From the NCBI GenBank assembly GCA_020724585.1, contig DYGS01000001.1, positions 486,002-550,001 of the forward strand: 64,000 nucleotides of DNA, read 5' to 3'. How positions within the stretch are numbered: the stretch's first letter is position 1; the number at the start of each line of letters is the position of its first letter. Shown here piece after piece: positions 62,957 to 64,000 of the stretch. Both the position numbers and the translations under genes were made by a program. The notes under the pieces are model-generated. The model had not been told where the DNA came from. It ran no database searches and saw only the letters and a program-made list of their open reading frames with translations. This stretch comes from Candidatus Microgenomatus sp. (lineage in GTDB: Bacteria; Patescibacteriota; Microgenomatia; UBA8517).

Positions 62957-63862
62957 ATGGTTTTCTTAAGGTTAAATACCCCAAGACCCATGAAAAAAGA
63001 GGTTGCCTTTGCAATTTTAGCCGGTGTTTTCTTCGGCCTTGTTTTTGCCTTCGGCGTCTGGAGATTAGCTTTAAAATTTAGGGGTGGCAATAACATTGTC
63101 TATCGACAAACTACTCCAAAACCGGTTCTTAATTCACCACTTACAATTTCAAATTTGAATGATTTTGATGTTGTAACTCAAAGCGGAATAAAAATAATAG
63201 GCAAATCAAAACCGGAAAGTTTTATTACGGCCTCCACCCTTTTGGAAGATTATTTTACAAAAACCAATCCCGATGGGGAATTCGAAATTGAAATCAAAGC
63301 GCCTTCAAATCTTTTTGAAGTAAAATTAACAACCATAGACGGCAATAACTTGGTCGCAGAGAAAAAAATAAATCTTGTTTCAAGCGAAAAAATCGAGGAT
63401 GCAAATTTATCCGCCTTTGTCGGTACAATAACTGATATCACCAACGAAACCATTCAAATCAAGACAAAAAATGGCGAGATTTTGCAGGGAGCGATCACTT
63501 CAGATACTAACTATCAAAATCTTTTAAATAAACCCCAAACAGTTAAATTGACTGACATTGCAATCGGTGATTTTGCCGTATTAATCGGAGTTGTTAATGG
63601 AAACAAAGTCTTAAAAACAGGACAGGTTTTGATCACAAAGGATATCGAGGAGGTTAAAACAGAGGTTGTAGCAGGCAAGCTGTTATCCAAAACTAAATCA
63701 CAAATAGTCGTCGAGACGGCAGAAAGCCAGGAAAAAATCACACTCCCCAAATCATGGAAAGGACCTGAAATAAAAGAGATGAACACAGGTGACTTGATAA
63801 TCTTAGTTGGAACCAAAACTACAGACAAATTTGACCTCAGAAGCATATATGTAATAAGATAA
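62957..63862 (+). CDS. Membrane-anchored hypothetical protein
   Basis: N-terminal TM helix. 301 aa. Beta-rich composition. Confidence 0.35.
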   Translation: MVFLRLNTPRPMKKEVAFAILAGVFFGLVFAFGVWRLALKFRGGNNIVYRQTTPKPVLNSPLTISNLNDFDVVTQSGIKIIGKSKPESFITASTLLEDYFTKTNPDGEFEIEIKAPSNLFEVKLTTIDGNNLVAEKKINLVSSEKIEDANLSAFVGTITDITNETIQIKTKNGEILQGAITSDTNYQNLLNKPQTVKLTDIAIGDFAVLIGVVNGNKVLKTGQVLITKDIEEVKTEVVAGKLLSKTKSQIVVETAESQEKITLPKSWKGPEIKEMNTGDLIILVGTKTTDKFDLRSIYVIR

Positions 63863-63866
63863 CACT

Positions 63867-64000
63867 GTGAAAAAAGGGCCGCCGACACCAAAAGGTTTTA
63901 AGGATATAATGCCAAAAGAGGCTAGGCTTAGGCGTGAATATTTTAATAAACTGGCTGAAGTTTTAGAAAAATATGGTTTCTCCCCTCTTGAAACGCCTGT
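63867..64000 (+). CDS. hisS: Histidyl-tRNA synthetase, N-terminal fragment (3' partial at window edge; GTG start)
   Basis: VKKGPPTPKGFKDIMPKEARLRREYFNKLAEVLEKYGFSPLETP matches the HisS N-terminal G(F/M)xDxLP...YG(F/Y)..I.TP pattern. Confidence 0.65.
   Translation, partial: MKKGPPTPKGFKDIMPKEARLRREYFNKLAEVLEKYGFSPLETP

Overview
AT-rich bacterial chromosomal window that is compact and gene-dense; its gene content is consistent with a small-genome (possibly CPR/Patescibacteria-like) lineage, but that is inference. From left to right it contains the following. (1) A minus-strand type IV pilus cluster, 1..6800: pilB, pilT, pilC, pilD and at least three prepilin-type pilins plus one atypical pilin-like gene. 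(2) A plus-strand surface-glycan-type operon, 7094..12980: FAD-dependent glycerol-3-phosphate dehydrogenase-like gene, class V aminotransferase, LicC-like nucleotidyltransferase and two glycosyltransferases. (3) A housekeeping block: ABC-F, holB-like, gyrB, ppa, clpB without its N-domain, a DEDDh exonuclease, gyrA, a SIMPL-domain protein, an LCP-family protein, a XerD-like recombinase, yebC, a Kef-type antiporter, rluA, a dksA-like gene and efp. (4) tRNA-Leu(CAA) followed immediately by a large serine recombinase gene enclosed by perfect 66-bp inverted repeats. (5) A ~20.5-kb accessory island bracketed by a 267-bp inverted repeat, with copies at 38763..39030 and 59512..59778. (6) dnaB interrupted by a 424-aa LAGLIDADG intein, then the start of hisS. 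The island carries a secreted nuclease, a serine protease and a complete type I R-M system. hsdS has a 12-bp x4 in-frame repeat, and a PD-(D/E)xK nuclease-fold gene sits between hsdM and hsdS. It also carries NUDIX and pyrophosphatase-like genes, and a tightly packed operon of uncharacterised composition: an APH-like kinase, an Hsp70-like ATPase, a SAM methyltransferase, a FolE2-like GTP cyclohydrolase, a nucleotidyltransferase-motif protein and other hypothetical proteins. Other notable items are three paralogous small coiled-coil proteins ending in ...AFA that flank gyrB, clpB and gyrA, and two GC-rich hairpin repeat elements. A ~660-bp highly structured GC-rich non-coding stretch lies just upstream of dnaB on the plus strand; its right-hand portion is one copy of the 267-bp repeat. 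No rRNA or CRISPR array was seen.
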